Of a stretch of DNA of 64,000 bases, positions 35,935 through 46,853 are shown in pieces (position 1 is the stretch's first letter; each line of letters opens with the position of its first letter). The stretch is from an uncultured Candidatus Rokubacteria bacterium (lineage in GTDB: Bacteria; Methylomirabilota; Methylomirabilia; Rokubacteriales; DASRDR01): NCBI GenBank assembly GCA_963708025.1, contig CAVPSB010000012.1, forward strand, positions 128,001 through 192,000. The letters run 5' to 3'. The position numbers and the translations under genes were made by a program. Below the pieces are notes generated by a model that did no database searches, had not been told where the DNA came from, and was given only the letters and a program-made list of their open reading frames with translations.

Positions 35935-36405
35935 ATGACCACCGAGGTCCTCGAGCGCGCGGGAACTGGAGCCGTCCGGGCCTGTCTGTTCGGGCTGGGC
36001 GGGGAGCGCTTCGCCATCGAGATCCAGCGCGCCCGCGAGGTGGTGGTCGTCGAGGAGCTCACGACCGTTCCCCGGGCGCCGGCCTACCTGGTCGGGGTGG
36101 CGAACCTGCGCGGGTACATCCTGCCGATCCTGGACGTCCGCCCGCTCCTCGGACTCGCCTCCCACCCGGTCGGCCGCGGGAGCCGGGCCCTCGTCGTGGA
36201 TCCGGGATCGGGCCAGGTTGGCCTCGCCATCGACGGGATCCTCGGCCTGGAGTCCTTCGACGGGGTCGCCCCGCTGGGCGAGGCGGCCCGGCGGGCGTAC
36301 GGCGAGCTCGGCGTGGGGATGGTGCGGTACGAGGGCGGCCCGATCACCCTGCTCGACGTCGGCCGGGTGCTGGACGCGCTGAAGCGCGGTGGTGAGGGGA
36401 GGTGA
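35935..36405 (+). CDS. cheW: Chemotaxis coupling protein CheW
   Basis: TVP.AP.YLVGVANLRG.ILPILD. Confidence 0.9.
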   Translation: MTTEVLERAGTGAVRACLFGLGGERFAIEIQRAREVVVVEELTTVPRAPAYLVGVANLRGYILPILDVRPLLGLASHPVGRGSRALVVDPGSGQVGLAIDGILGLESFDGVAPLGEAARRAYGELGVGMVRYEGGPITLLDVGRVLDALKRGGEGR

Positions 36406-36407
36406 TC

Positions 36408-37760
36408 ATGGAGCGACGACGCTTCCTCCACGTGCTGTCCGGCGGCATCGGCGCCGGACTCGTGGCGGGGAGCCGGGCGGCCCGGGCTCAGGATGCCGCA
36501 GCGCCGGCCGCGCCGCCGGCGGGCGCCGCGCCCAGGACGCCCGGGACGCCCGGGACGCCCGGGACGGAGGTTCCCGTCGCCAGCGCGCCCGGCGTGACCG
36601 CCAAGGGCATCAAGATCGGGATGAGCGCCGCCTTCAAGGGCACCCAGGCGGGACTCGGCACGGAGTTCTACCGGGGCGCGCAGGCCTACTTCACCGAGGT
36701 CAACGCCCGCGGCGGCGTCCACGGCCGCGTGATCTCGGTGGAGACGCTCGACGACAACTACGAGCCGGTGCCCTGCATCAAGAACACGATCCAGCTCATC
36801 GAGCAGGAGAAAGTCTTCTTCCTGGCCAACTTCGTCGGGACGCCCACTCTGACGCGGGCCCTTCCGGTGATGAAGCGGTACGGCGACGTGATCCTGGTCG
36901 GGAACTTCACGGGCGCCCAGCCGCAGCGCGAGGCCCCCTACGTGGAGCACGTCTTCAACATCCGGGCCTCGTACCGGCAGGAGATGGCGGCGTTGGTCGA
37001 GCAGTTCTGGCAGCAGGGGGCGCGCCGGTTCGGCGTCTACTACCAGGCCGACGCCTACGGCCGGAGCGGGACCGACGGCGTCGCCCGCGGTCTCGCGAAC
37101 CGGGGAGCGCGGATCGTGGCCGAGGCGACGTACCGGAGGGGGGCCGCGTTCGAGGAGAGCATGGCCGTCGCGGCCCGAGCGCTCCGCGAGTCGGGGGTGG
37201 ACGTCGTGCTGTGCACCGGCGCCTACCAGGGCTGCGCGGCCTTCGTCCGCGACGTCCGCGACCTCGGCTGGAACGTCCCGATCTCGAACGTCTCGTTCGT
37301 GGGGTCGGACGCGATGCTGGGGCTCCTCGTCCGGTACGGCCGGACCACCGGCCGCGACTACACCCGGGCGCTCGTCAACTCCCAGGTCGTGCCGAGCTAC
37401 GACGACGCGAGCCTGCCTGGTGTCGTCGAGTATCGGGGCCTCATGGAGCGGCACAACCCGGCGATCCCCGATTCGGTCCGGGACGCCAGCTACGCGCCCC
37501 AGAAGTACAGCTTCATCAGCCTGGAGGGGTTCATCAACGCCAAGGTGATCGTCGAGAGCCTCCGCCGGGCCGGAGTGAACCCGACCCGGGCGGGATTCCG
37601 TCAGGCCCTGGAGTCGCTCAGGGGCTTCGACCTGGGGATCGGCGCCCCGCTGACCTTCGGGCCCGAGCGGCACCAGGGACTGGACAACGTCTACTTCACC
37701 CGCGTGCACAACGAGCGGTGGGTTCCGGTCGCCGACTGGACCGCCGCGGTAAGGGCCTGA
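36408..37760 (+). CDS. Type-1 periplasmic ligand-binding protein with Tat signal
   Basis: MERRRFL Tat motif; VNARGGVHGR, DDNYEP, FVGTPT, FNIRASY. Confidence 0.87.
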   Translation: MERRRFLHVLSGGIGAGLVAGSRAARAQDAAAPAAPPAGAAPRTPGTPGTPGTEVPVASAPGVTAKGIKIGMSAAFKGTQAGLGTEFYRGAQAYFTEVNARGGVHGRVISVETLDDNYEPVPCIKNTIQLIEQEKVFFLANFVGTPTLTRALPVMKRYGDVILVGNFTGAQPQREAPYVEHVFNIRASYRQEMAALVEQFWQQGARRFGVYYQADAYGRSGTDGVARGLANRGARIVAEATYRRGAAFEESMAVAARALRESGVDVVLCTGAYQGCAAFVRDVRDLGWNVPISNVSFVGSDAMLGLLVRYGRTTGRDYTRALVNSQVVPSYDDASLPGVVEYRGLMERHNPAIPDSVRDASYAPQKYSFISLEGFINAKVIVESLRRAGVNPTRAGFRQALESLRGFDLGIGAPLTFGPERHQGLDNVYFTRVHNERWVPVADWTAAVRA

Positions 37761-37763
37761 GCC

Positions 37764-39725
37764 ATGCCGACATCGAGCGTCGTCACGCTTCCGCGTCCGT
37801 CCCAGCCGGCGCCGGTCTCCGACGAGCGGCCGGCGATCTGGAAGTCCGGCGGGACCGCCGGGGCCTCCGGGGCGAACGGAGACGTCCTCCCCCGGATGGA
37901 CACGCCGACGGTCACCACACGCCTCCGGCTGGCCGGCGAGCTGCCGATGCGCTCGGGAATCCGGCTGGGCCTGCCCCTCAAGATCAGCCTCTTCCTGGCC
38001 ATCATCATGATCCCGCTGGCGTTCATGACGTGGCACATGTCCGTTCAGACCCTGCGCTCGCAGCTGACGGAGGAGTTCACGTCCAAGGGCACGGCGATCG
38101 CGAGCAGCCTGGCCAGCTCGGGCGCCGAGATGATCCTGACCCGCGACGCCTCCACGGTCCAGTCGCTGGTCGACCAGTTCGCCGCCATCAGCGGCGTCGC
38201 CTACGTCATGGTGTACGACCCGCAGAAGACGATGATCGCCCACACCTTCATGCCCCTCATTCCGTCCGGCATCATCGAGCGGAACCTCGTCCCCGGTGAC
38301 GCGACCAAGCCGCGGGTGCAGGAGATCCAGTATTCCGACCCGGCCACCGGCCAGACACGGGACATCATCGACATCGGGGTCCCCGTGCTGGGCGGCCAGG
38401 TCGGCACCGTGCGGGTCGGCATGAACAGGGGAATCATCAGCGCCGCCGCCGCCCGCTCCGGCAAGAACCTGCTGATGGTGTTCGGCGGCTTCGCGGTGGT
38501 CGTGGTCCTGGCCGGCGTCATCTTCGCCCAGCGCATCACCCGGCCGGTGGCGCTGCTGGTGCGGGCCTCGGAGCGGGTCGGCCGGGGCGACCTGTCCCGG
38601 GTGGTCCCGGTGACCAGCGGCGACGAGATCGGTCAGCTCGCCGAGACCTTCAACCAGACGATCGTCCGGCTGCGCGGGCAGGTGCAGACGGAGGCGGAGC
38701 GCGACGAGGAGAAGCGGAAGCGCGAGGAGCTGCAGCGCCACATCACCACGTTCCTCGACGCGGTCACGGAGATCGCCCAGGGCGACCTCACCCGTCGCGG
38801 GGAGGTGACCTCCGACGTCCTCGGCAACGTCGTCGACGCGATCAACGTCATGGTGGCCGAGATCGGCACGGTCATCGGCGACGTCCGGCAGGCCGCCGTC
38901 CGGGTCTCCCGGAGCTCGCACCAGATGATCGCCTCGGCCGGGCAGATGGCCACCGGGGCCCAGGCCCAGACCCGGGAGGCCATGACGGTCGCCAAGGTGG
39001 TCGACGAGCTGACCCGCTCGGTCCGGCAGGTCGCCGAGATCGCCGAGGCCTCGGCCCGGGCTGCCCGGCAGGCGCTGGACGCCGCCCAGAAGGGGGACCA
39101 GGCGGTCAAGAACAGCCTGGACGGGATGCAGCGGATCCGGGGCGAGGTGCAGACGATCTCCAAGAAGATCAAGGGCCTCGGCGATCGCTCGCTGGAGATC
39201 TCCGAGATCGTCAACACGATCGAGGAGATCGCGTCGCAGACCAACCTCCTGGCGCTGAACGCCGCCATCGAGGCGGCGGGGGCCGGTGAGGCGGGTCTCC
39301 GGTTCGCGGTGGTGGCCGACGAGGTGCGGAAGCTGGCCGAGCGCTCGGCCCGGGCCACCAAGGACATCGCGGCTCTCATCAAGAGCGTCCAGGCCGAGAC
39401 CCACGAGGCGATCGTCGTCATGGAGCAGGGAACCCACGAGGTGGAGGCCGGGCACCGGGTCACGGTGCAGGCCGGCGAGAGCCTCAAGGACATCGCCCAG
39501 ATCGCCCAGAAGTCCGCCGAGCTGGCCCATGACATCTCGCTGGCGACCCAGCAGCAGGTGCGCGGGGCGGAGGGGGTGGCCACGGCGGTGCAGTCGATCG
39601 CCGGCGTCGCCGTGCAGACCGAGCAGGGCGTCCTCCAGACCCGCAAGACGGTCGACGAGCTGGCCCGGCTGGCCGAGGAGCTGACCTCCAACCTGGCCCG
39701 GTTCAAGCTGGCCGTGAGCGCGTGA
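37764..39725 (+). CDS. Methyl-accepting chemotaxis protein (PilJ-like)
   Basis: Two TM segments, HAMP (DEIGQLAETFN), QTNLLALNAAIEAA...FAVVADEVRKLAERS; start uncertain. Confidence 0.94.
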   Translation: MPTSSVVTLPRPSQPAPVSDERPAIWKSGGTAGASGANGDVLPRMDTPTVTTRLRLAGELPMRSGIRLGLPLKISLFLAIIMIPLAFMTWHMSVQTLRSQLTEEFTSKGTAIASSLASSGAEMILTRDASTVQSLVDQFAAISGVAYVMVYDPQKTMIAHTFMPLIPSGIIERNLVPGDATKPRVQEIQYSDPATGQTRDIIDIGVPVLGGQVGTVRVGMNRGIISAAAARSGKNLLMVFGGFAVVVVLAGVIFAQRITRPVALLVRASERVGRGDLSRVVPVTSGDEIGQLAETFNQTIVRLRGQVQTEAERDEEKRKREELQRHITTFLDAVTEIAQGDLTRRGEVTSDVLGNVVDAINVMVAEIGTVIGDVRQAAVRVSRSSHQMIASAGQMATGAQAQTREAMTVAKVVDELTRSVRQVAEIAEASARAARQALDAAQKGDQAVKNSLDGMQRIRGEVQTISKKIKGLGDRSLEISEIVNTIEEIASQTNLLALNAAIEAAGAGEAGLRFAVVADEVRKLAERSARATKDIAALIKSVQAETHEAIVVMEQGTHEVEAGHRVTVQAGESLKDIAQIAQKSAELAHDISLATQQQVRGAEGVATAVQSIAGVAVQTEQGVLQTRKTVDELARLAEELTSNLARFKLAVSA

Positions 39726-39748
39726 CGGCGGCCTGATCGAGCCCGGTC

Positions 39749-42674
39749 ATGTCCGATCACGATCGCGAGTTCCTCCTGAGCATCTTCCTCATGGAGGCCT
39801 GGGACACCCTGGCCACCCTCGAGGACGGCCTCGGCCGGCTGCGCGGGCCCGAGGTCTCTACCGTCGTGGTCGAGCCGCTGCTCGTGGTGAGTCATCGGCT
39901 GAAGGGCGCGGCGGCGCTGAACGGGTTTCCGGAGCTGGCCGGCGTGACCGAGACGCTCGAGCAGATCCTCGAGCGGGCGCCGGCGCTCCCGATCGGCGCG
40001 CGGGGAGCGGCGGCCGACTTCCTCGCCGACCTGCTGGCACTGCTGAAAAAGATGCTGGATGGCATCGGCGCGACCGGGCAGGAGGACGCCGAGGCGGTGG
40101 CGGCGTTCCGCGCCGGCCACGCGGGCTTCCTCCTCACCCCGGCCCCCGCGCCGGCACGGGCGGGCTCGAGTCACGGGACGTCCGGCGGGCCGCGCGGGGA
40201 GGTGGAGCGCTTCTTTGCCGAGAACCCGGACGTCCTCGTCTACTTCCGCCCCGAAGCCTCCGAGCACCTGGAGACCATGACCCAGGCACTGCTCGCCCTG
40301 GAGAAGGGCGGACGGAACGACGAGCAGCTCGGGAGCCTGTTCCGCGCGGTCCACACGCTCAAGGGAGCGGCGTACACGATCGGCTGCACGGTGGTCGGCG
40401 ATCTGGTCCACCGGATCGAGGACCTCATGGTCGCGATCCGGGAAGACCGGATGCCGCTGACCCCCTCCGTGATCGAGACCGTCCTGGTCGGAACCGACGC
40501 GCTCCGGCTCCTGCTCGGCCTGGCCGAGGCGCCGGCCGCCGAGGTCGACGCGCTGGTCGAGGCGGCCGTGACGCAGGTCGGACGTCTCATGCCGGCCAGC
40601 GACGCCGGGGCGGGCGTGGCCCCGGCGATCGCCGTGGAGGCTTCGGCCGGGGAGGCGCCCCCGGTCGAAGCGCCCGCCCCGGTCGAGGCGCGGATCCCGG
40701 CCGAGGCGACTGTGTCGCCGCGCCGGGCGGCCATCGTGGGGCCGGCCATCCGGGTGAGTCTCGACCGGCTCGATTCCCTGATGAACCTGGTCGGCGAGCT
40801 GGTGATCGCCCGGAGCCGGCTGGACCGGAGGCTCTCGGAGCTGGATCGAGCCGGGGAGCTCCTGCTCTTCAGCCAGGAGCGCATGGCGAAGGCCGTCAGG
40901 GACTTCGAGGTGAAGCGGGAGGCGGGAGGGTGGACGCCGCAGCCGGTCACCGGGCGCGACGGCACCGGCCCGTCCCCGGCGGGCGCGACGGCTGAGGGCC
41001 GCCCGGACGCCCAGCCTCGCACGCCGCTGACCCAGATCTTCGAGGAGCTGGAGTTCGACCGGTACGACGACTTCGACATCCTCGCCCGCAGCGTGGCCGA
41101 GCTGTCGGCGGACCTCACCGAGGTCCAGACGCAGGTCGGCGGCCTGATCCGGACCATCTGGGAGGACACGGCGCAGATCCAGCGGTTGACGGGGCACCTG
41201 AAGACCGAGGTCACGAGGGCCCGCATGGTGCCGGTGGCCCGGCTGTTCGCGCGATTCGGGCGGCAGGTGCGGGAAGCGGCCCGGGCTGCCGGCAAGACGG
41301 TCGAGTTGGAGGTCAGCGGCGAGACCGTCGAGATGGACAGCAGCATCACCGAGGCGATCGCCGACCCGCTCCTCCACCTCGTGCAGAACGCGATCACCCA
41401 CGGCATCGAGCCGGAGGACGAGCGGCAGGCCCGCGGGAAGCCGGGGCCGGGGACCATCCGCCTGCGCGCGGCCCACCGCGGCGGCTTCGTCAACATCGAG
41501 GTCGAGGACGACGGCCGGGGGATCGACGTCGAGCTGGTGAAGGCGGCGGCGGTGCGCCAGGGCTTCCTCTCGAGCGAGGCTGTCGCCGGCCTGTCTTCCC
41601 ACGAGGCGCTCGACCTGATCTTCCTCCCGGGCTTCAGCACCGCACCGGTCGTGACCACCGCATCCGGCCGCGGGGTCGGCATGGATGTCGTCCGGACCAA
41701 CGTCAGCCGGCTGGGTGGGGAGATCGCCGTCGAGACCGAGCCGGGCGTGGGCACCTGCTTCACGCTCCGGCTCCCCCTGACGGTCCTGATCTCGGACGCC
41801 CTCATGATTCGCACCGGAACCGAGACCCTGGCCATTCCCGTCAGCGCGGTGCGGATGATCCTGAACGTCCGTCCGAGGGCAATCCAGTCGGGAGATGGGA
41901 CCGAGCGGGTGCGGGTGGACGACCGGATGGTGGACCTGCTCCGGCTCGATCGACTCCTCGGGCTGGCCCCCGGGGCGACCCGGGAGCGGATCCCGGTGGT
42001 CGTCCTCCGATCGGGCGGCACCTCGCTGGCGGTGGCGGTCGACGAGCTGGGCGGGAAGGAGGAGGTCGTCGATCAAGAGCCTCGGGACGTTCCTCCAGGG
42101 GGGCACCCCCTTCACGGGCGCGACCATCTCCGGGGAAGGCCGCGTGATCCTCCTGCTCGATCCAGCCCGTCTGGTCGCGCTGGCCGAGGGCCTCTCCCGG
42201 GCGCCGGTGGCCGGGAGCCACCCGCGGGCGGCCGAGCCCGAGCCCGGCCAGCCGGCTCCGGCGGCAGAGGCCGCTCGTCGCGTCCTCCTGGTGGACGACT
42301 CGATCAGCGTGCGCCGGTTCGTCGGCCACATGCTGGAGCGGGCCGGCTTCCACGTCATCACGGCCAACGACGGGGCCGAGGCGCTCCGGCACCTGAACGA
42401 CGCGTCGGTCCACGCCGTGATCACGGACCTCGAGATGCCCCGGGTCAACGGCTACGAGCTGATCGAGGATCTCCGGCGCCGGCCGGCCACCCGGGACGTG
42501 CCCGTCGTCGTGCTCACGACGCGCGCCGGCGAGAAGCACCTGAACCTTGCCCGCCGGCTGGGCGTCAAGCACTACGTCTCCAAGCCAGTGGACGAGCACG
42601 CCTTCGTCCAGCTGATCGCATCGCTCACGGCGCCCGATCGAGTCGAGGGGGAGCTGGCGGGAGCGGTGCGGTGA
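39749..42674 (+). CDS. cheA: Hybrid CheA/ChpA-like kinase (2 Hpt, HATPase, CheW, REC); apparent extra base at ~42071
   Basis: HRLKG and HTLKG Hpt motifs, LDSLMNLVGEL, HLVQNAITHGIE, SGRGVGMDVV; EEVV|IKSLG continues in another frame into a REC domain ending 42674. Confidence 0.9.
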
Positions 42675-42745
42675 GCGGGCGGTGCGGTGGCGATCGTGGA
42701 GAGTTCGCAACAACCCTGGCGTTCCAGGGAATGTAGGAGGCGACT

Positions 42746-43207
42746 ATGGCGAAGGTGCTCCTCATCGACGCCGACTGGGAGAACCTGGTCGCGCTGCAGA
42801 AGGCCCTGGCGGTCGCCGGCTACGAGGTCGCGGTAGCGCTTTCCGGTTCCTTCGCACTGACCATGCTCGAATGGGACCGTCCGGATGTCATCGTCAGCCT
42901 GGCCGAGAACCAGGACATGGACGCCTACGAGCTGTGCTCGATCATCCGCGCCGACCCGACCACCAAGGGCATTCCGTTTCTCCTGCTGACGGGTGAGACC
43001 GCGCCGCTTCCCGGCGCGGCGGCCCGGGCGGGTGTCAGTCGGGTCATCGCCGGCAAGTTCAACGTCTCGACCCTCGTCTCTCAGGTCGGCGAGCTGTTGA
43101 GCGGGAAGATCGGGGCGACGTCCTCGCCGGCAATTCCCGCGCCCCCGGCGTCACCGGTGTCGCCAGCGTCGAAGATCAACCCGGCCGAGCGTTCGAACGT
43201 CAACTGA
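42746..43207 (+). CDS. Atypical (pseudo-)receiver domain protein
   Basis: REC fold pattern (KVLLIDAD, PDVIVS, DAYELC, IPFLLLT); phosphoacceptor Asp position appears to be Ser. Confidence 0.78.
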   Translation: MAKVLLIDADWENLVALQKALAVAGYEVAVALSGSFALTMLEWDRPDVIVSLAENQDMDAYELCSIIRADPTTKGIPFLLLTGETAPLPGAAARAGVSRVIAGKFNVSTLVSQVGELLSGKIGATSSPAIPAPPASPVSPASKINPAERSNVN

Positions 43208-43342
43208 CGGGGTGGCTTCAGTGCCGTTCCAACGACACGAGCCAAAATGGGCAAGCGATTCTTGAAGCACGGGCTCGCCGCATTCCTCGAAAGCACTAGC
43301 TGGAACAAGTTGGAACGGCACTAGCCTGGAGGTCAGCGGGAA

Positions 43343-44201
43343 ATGCCGAAGGTCCTGGTCGTCGACGACAGCCTGAGCGTTCGCAAGGTCGTCGAGCGAG
43401 CCCTGGAAGCCCGGAGCATCCAGGTCCTCACGGCGGCGTCCGGCGCCGAAGCGATCACCCGCATCGAGCGCGAGGCCCCGGATCTCGTGATCTGCGACGT
43501 CATCATGCCCGACAAGGACGGCTACGAGATCTGCGCGTTCGTCAAGAGCCACCCGGACCTCTCGAGGATCCCCGTGCTCCTCATCTCCGGCATCGTGAAC
43601 GGGACGGTCCTGGAGCGGGCCGCCAAGGTCCAGTCGGACGACGTGATGCGGAAGCCGTTCGCGGCCGAGGAGCTGGTGCGCAAGATCGACAACTTTCTCT
43701 CGCCGGGCGGGCCGACGACGCCGCTCCTGGCGGCGGCGACCGGAACGGTCGGGCGGACCGACTTGCCGACGCCGTCCCTGTCGTCGCTGACCGGACTCCC
43801 GACCCGGGCCCAGGACCCGGTGCCGGAGGCGAGCCCTTCGCCGGCGGCGCCGGACCTCAAGGCCGTCCTCGGCCAGTTCGCGGGCGTGTCCGGGGTGGTG
43901 GTGGCCGCGCTGGTGGACCGGGAAGGCTTCCTCATCGAGTTCGACCGGCGAGGCGAGGGACGAGGTCCACGTGGCCTGGGCCCTGGCCGCCTCGGTGGCG
44001 CAGTCGGCCGCGGGCACGGGTCAGGAGCTGAACCAGGGAGTGCTCCAGGCGATGATCCTCGAGTACGAGGGCGGGATCATCCTCCTGCACACGGTCGGGA
44101 GCGCGGCCATGCTCGCCGTGGTGCTGAACGACCCGACGATCCTCGGCAAGGTTCGCTACAACGTGAAGCGGGCGCTGCCCGACCTGCTCCGATCGATGTG
44201 A
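43343..44201 (+). CDS. Receiver-Roadblock/LC7 fusion protein; apparent extra base at ~43940
   Basis: REC, Pro-rich linker, then GVVVAALVDREGFLIE; removing one T joins it to ...LQAMILEYEGG...LGKVRY ending 44201. Confidence 0.8.
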
Positions 44202-44217
44202 CGGGCGGCGGCCGGGC

Positions 44218-46245
44218 ATGACCAGCCTGTGGCGGCCGGCAGCGTGGCTCCTCGCGCAGGGCGGGGTCCTGCTCTACCTCTGGGCACCGTCGCTGCTGCC
44301 CGGCCGGACGCCGGGTCAGCTGAGCGGGGTCGAGGCCTGGGCGCCGCTCGTGGTTCCCCCGCTCCTGTACGCCCTGCTCGTCCTCTGCGTGCCGCACTCC
44401 TCGGCCCTCCGGCGGCTCGCCGGGATGCTCGTGCTCCTGGGCCTCCACGCCGGACTGGGGTTCGCGACGGCGGCCGCCTACGCGGTGGCGCGGCTGGGGC
44501 CGGCTCCGGGTCCCCTCGACCCCGCGCCCTGGGCGTTCCCCCTGGTTCCGGTCATGCAGCTCCTGTCGGTGCCCCTGGTCGCCCTTCCGCTCCGTCTGTT
44601 CCTGGTCCGGCCCGACGAGGGCGATGCCGCTCACCGCCCGGTGGCGCCCGTCGGCGTGGCCGCCACGCCGACACCGGTACGCCGGGAACGGGGCTGGGAC
44701 GAGACCGATCTCCACACGGTCGGGGGGGAGCGGTTCCGCGAGGACGATGCCCTGTCACCAGGCTCACCGGACCGGCGCCTCGTGCGACGGGAGCCGACGC
44801 GCCCGCTCCCGGTGCGGGTGGAGCCGGCGGTCGGTTTCCCGCCGAGTCGGTCCACCGAGACGCCAACCCGTCCCACGTGGCCACCGAGAGCCCCGGTTCC
44901 GGCGCTGCTCGACGTGGTGGCCCCCCGGGAGCCGGAGGTCGCGACGCCGCCAGTCGCGATCCTCCCGCTGCCACCGGCGCCACCCACGTCCGAGGTCACA
45001 CCCGTGCCTCGAGTCGAGCCCACGTCCCCGGGGGCGCCGGTGTCGGCCGCGCCGCTGGCGCCGGCGGACGTCTCTCGGATCGATGAGTCGGTCGCCCCGC
45101 CGGCGGGACGCGACCCGCTCACGCCGACGCCCGTCGAGGCGAGGCCTGAGCGTCCCGAGGCGGCCGGAAGGGTCGCGGCACCGCTGTCCATCGACGATGA
45201 CGTGCTGGCGATCGTCGCCGCGCCGCCGGAGACGGTCGTGGCGCCGCCGGTGACCGTCCCGCAACGACCGACCGAGGACGCCCGCCCGGTCGTGACGACC
45301 ACGCCGGTCACGAACGCGGCTCGAGTGGAAGCGCCGGTCCAGGCCGCGATCGAAGCACCGCCCCGGGCCGGGGCCGAAGCCCCCGTCGAGCCGGCGCCCT
45401 GGGTCGAGCCGGCAGCCGCCGGCGACTCTGCGATGGCGGCGCCACCGGTGGTGCCCGTCGAGGACATCGCCCGGACCCTTGCCGGAGCGGGGCCGCTCGA
45501 GGTCGACACCCACGCGGTGATGGGGATCGTGGTCTACACGGCCTGCTCCCCGCAGCTGGCGGAGGATGCGGTGGTGCGGGCCGCGTTCCGGTTCCTCTCC
45601 TTCCTGGCGGAGAGCCCGGGCGGCGAGGCCGTGACCCAGACCACGGTCCGGGGGGCAGCCGGCGCCATGGTGCTGACTCCCCTCGGCCCGCTCGGCGCTG
45701 GCGGTCCCGTGCTGGCCGCGGCCATTCCCCAGCGGGGCGCGCTGGCGCTCCTCGAGATCCTCTCCCTGCGCGTGGCGGCCGAGTACCGGGCGAGCGAGCC
45801 GGGCTCGACGAGCCCCGCGACCGGGTCCACCCCGGCGCCGGCCTCCCCGGCCGGACTCGGCGAGGCGCCGCTTCCGCCGCGCCTGGAGGGGCTGGCCCGC
45901 TCGCTCACGGCGTACGGGCCGCTGCAACCGCTCGGCCTCACGGATCAGACCGGCCGGCTCCTGCTCTACGTCCTGGCCGGCCCCGGGGTCGACGCGCATG
46001 GCGTCGGCCGTTTCGCGGCGGACCTCTACCGGGTCATGGAGATCGACGGCGATCCCGGTGGGGTGGGGCCGTTCCAGTCGGTGGTGGTGCGGCTCGGCGA
46101 CCAGCGGGTTGTGGTGCGCCCGGTCGCCGAGGCTCCCGGACATTCCACGGTCCTGGTGGCAGCCGGGCCCGCGAGCGACCGGCCCGGGCTCGTCCAGCTC
46201 CAGATCGAGCGCGCCGCCGCCCGTCTGGCCGCGCCGCCGGGGTGA
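44218..46245 (+). CDS. Membrane-anchored Pro-rich protein with putative C-terminal Roadblock-like domains
   Basis: N-terminal TM segments, long Pro/Ala-rich linker, C-terminal FQSVVVRLGDQRVVVRP...PGLVQLQIERAAARL. Confidence 0.65.
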   Translation: MTSLWRPAAWLLAQGGVLLYLWAPSLLPGRTPGQLSGVEAWAPLVVPPLLYALLVLCVPHSSALRRLAGMLVLLGLHAGLGFATAAAYAVARLGPAPGPLDPAPWAFPLVPVMQLLSVPLVALPLRLFLVRPDEGDAAHRPVAPVGVAATPTPVRRERGWDETDLHTVGGERFREDDALSPGSPDRRLVRREPTRPLPVRVEPAVGFPPSRSTETPTRPTWPPRAPVPALLDVVAPREPEVATPPVAILPLPPAPPTSEVTPVPRVEPTSPGAPVSAAPLAPADVSRIDESVAPPAGRDPLTPTPVEARPERPEAAGRVAAPLSIDDDVLAIVAAPPETVVAPPVTVPQRPTEDARPVVTTTPVTNAARVEAPVQAAIEAPPRAGAEAPVEPAPWVEPAAAGDSAMAAPPVVPVEDIARTLAGAGPLEVDTHAVMGIVVYTACSPQLAEDAVVRAAFRFLSFLAESPGGEAVTQTTVRGAAGAMVLTPLGPLGAGGPVLAAAIPQRGALALLEILSLRVAAEYRASEPGSTSPATGSTPAPASPAGLGEAPLPPRLEGLARSLTAYGPLQPLGLTDQTGRLLLYVLAGPGVDAHGVGRFAADLYRVMEIDGDPGGVGPFQSVVVRLGDQRVVVRPVAEAPGHSTVLVAAGPASDRPGLVQLQIERAAARLAAPPG

Positions 46246-46304
46246 CCGCCATGCGCCTGCGCGGCTCGTTGACCCTGGTCGCCGGTCTGGATAGACTGGC
46301 CGCG

Positions 46305-46691
46305 ATGCCAGCGCCGCGCATCGTCGTCGTCGAGGATGAGGCCGAGGTGCGCGCGCTCCTGGTGGAGGCGCTCGAGGTCGCGGGCTACTCCGTCCGGGGC
46401 TTCGCGATCGGCGCCGAGGCGCTGGCCGAGCTCGGCGGCGTGGCACCCGATCTGATCCTCCTCGACATGATGATGCCGGGGATGGACGGCTACGAGTTCC
46501 TGGCTCGGCTCCGCACGGACCCCGGAACGAGGCCGATTCCGCTGCTGATCGTCTCCGCGGTCGGCGAGTCGCTGGCGATGTCGCTCGACGACCGCGGCGC
46601 CCGGACGCTCGGGGTGGCCGGCGTTCTGACCAAGCCGCTCGACCTGGCGAATCTCCTGGAGCACGTCAAGCGCATCGTCGGCCCTGCTTAG
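46305..46691 (+). CDS. Single-domain response regulator
   Basis: VVEDE, LDMMMPGMDG, KP. Confidence 0.88.
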   Translation: MPAPRIVVVEDEAEVRALLVEALEVAGYSVRGFAIGAEALAELGGVAPDLILLDMMMPGMDGYEFLARLRTDPGTRPIPLLIVSAVGESLAMSLDDRGARTLGVAGVLTKPLDLANLLEHVKRIVGPA

Positions 46692-46800
46692 GGCGGGGCC
46701 GATGAGCGTCGCAACGTTCATCTCGGTCGCGACGCGCTCGGCCTGCGTCGATCGGACAGCCTTCGGCCTGGGGGCGCTGCTCGCTCCTCGGCCCCGCCCG
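46692..46800 (+). repeat. Family-1 palindromic repeat, divergent short copy
   Basis: TAG-GGCGGGGCCGATGAG ... GGCGCTGCTCGCTCCTCGGCCCCGCCC. Confidence 0.8.
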
Positions 46801-46853
46801 GCCAAGGGCCGCGGGTACCCGCGTCGGCCCGCCTCCCAGAAGGGGGACTACCG

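Noticed and set aside
36530-36566. GGGACGCCC x3-4 microrepeat
   Set aside because: In-frame TPG linker after the Tat signal peptide; ordinary low-complexity coding
43311-43325. Second sigma54 promoter TGGAAC-N5-TAGC
   Set aside because: Weak match, and the predicted start would fall downstream of the GGAGG RBS
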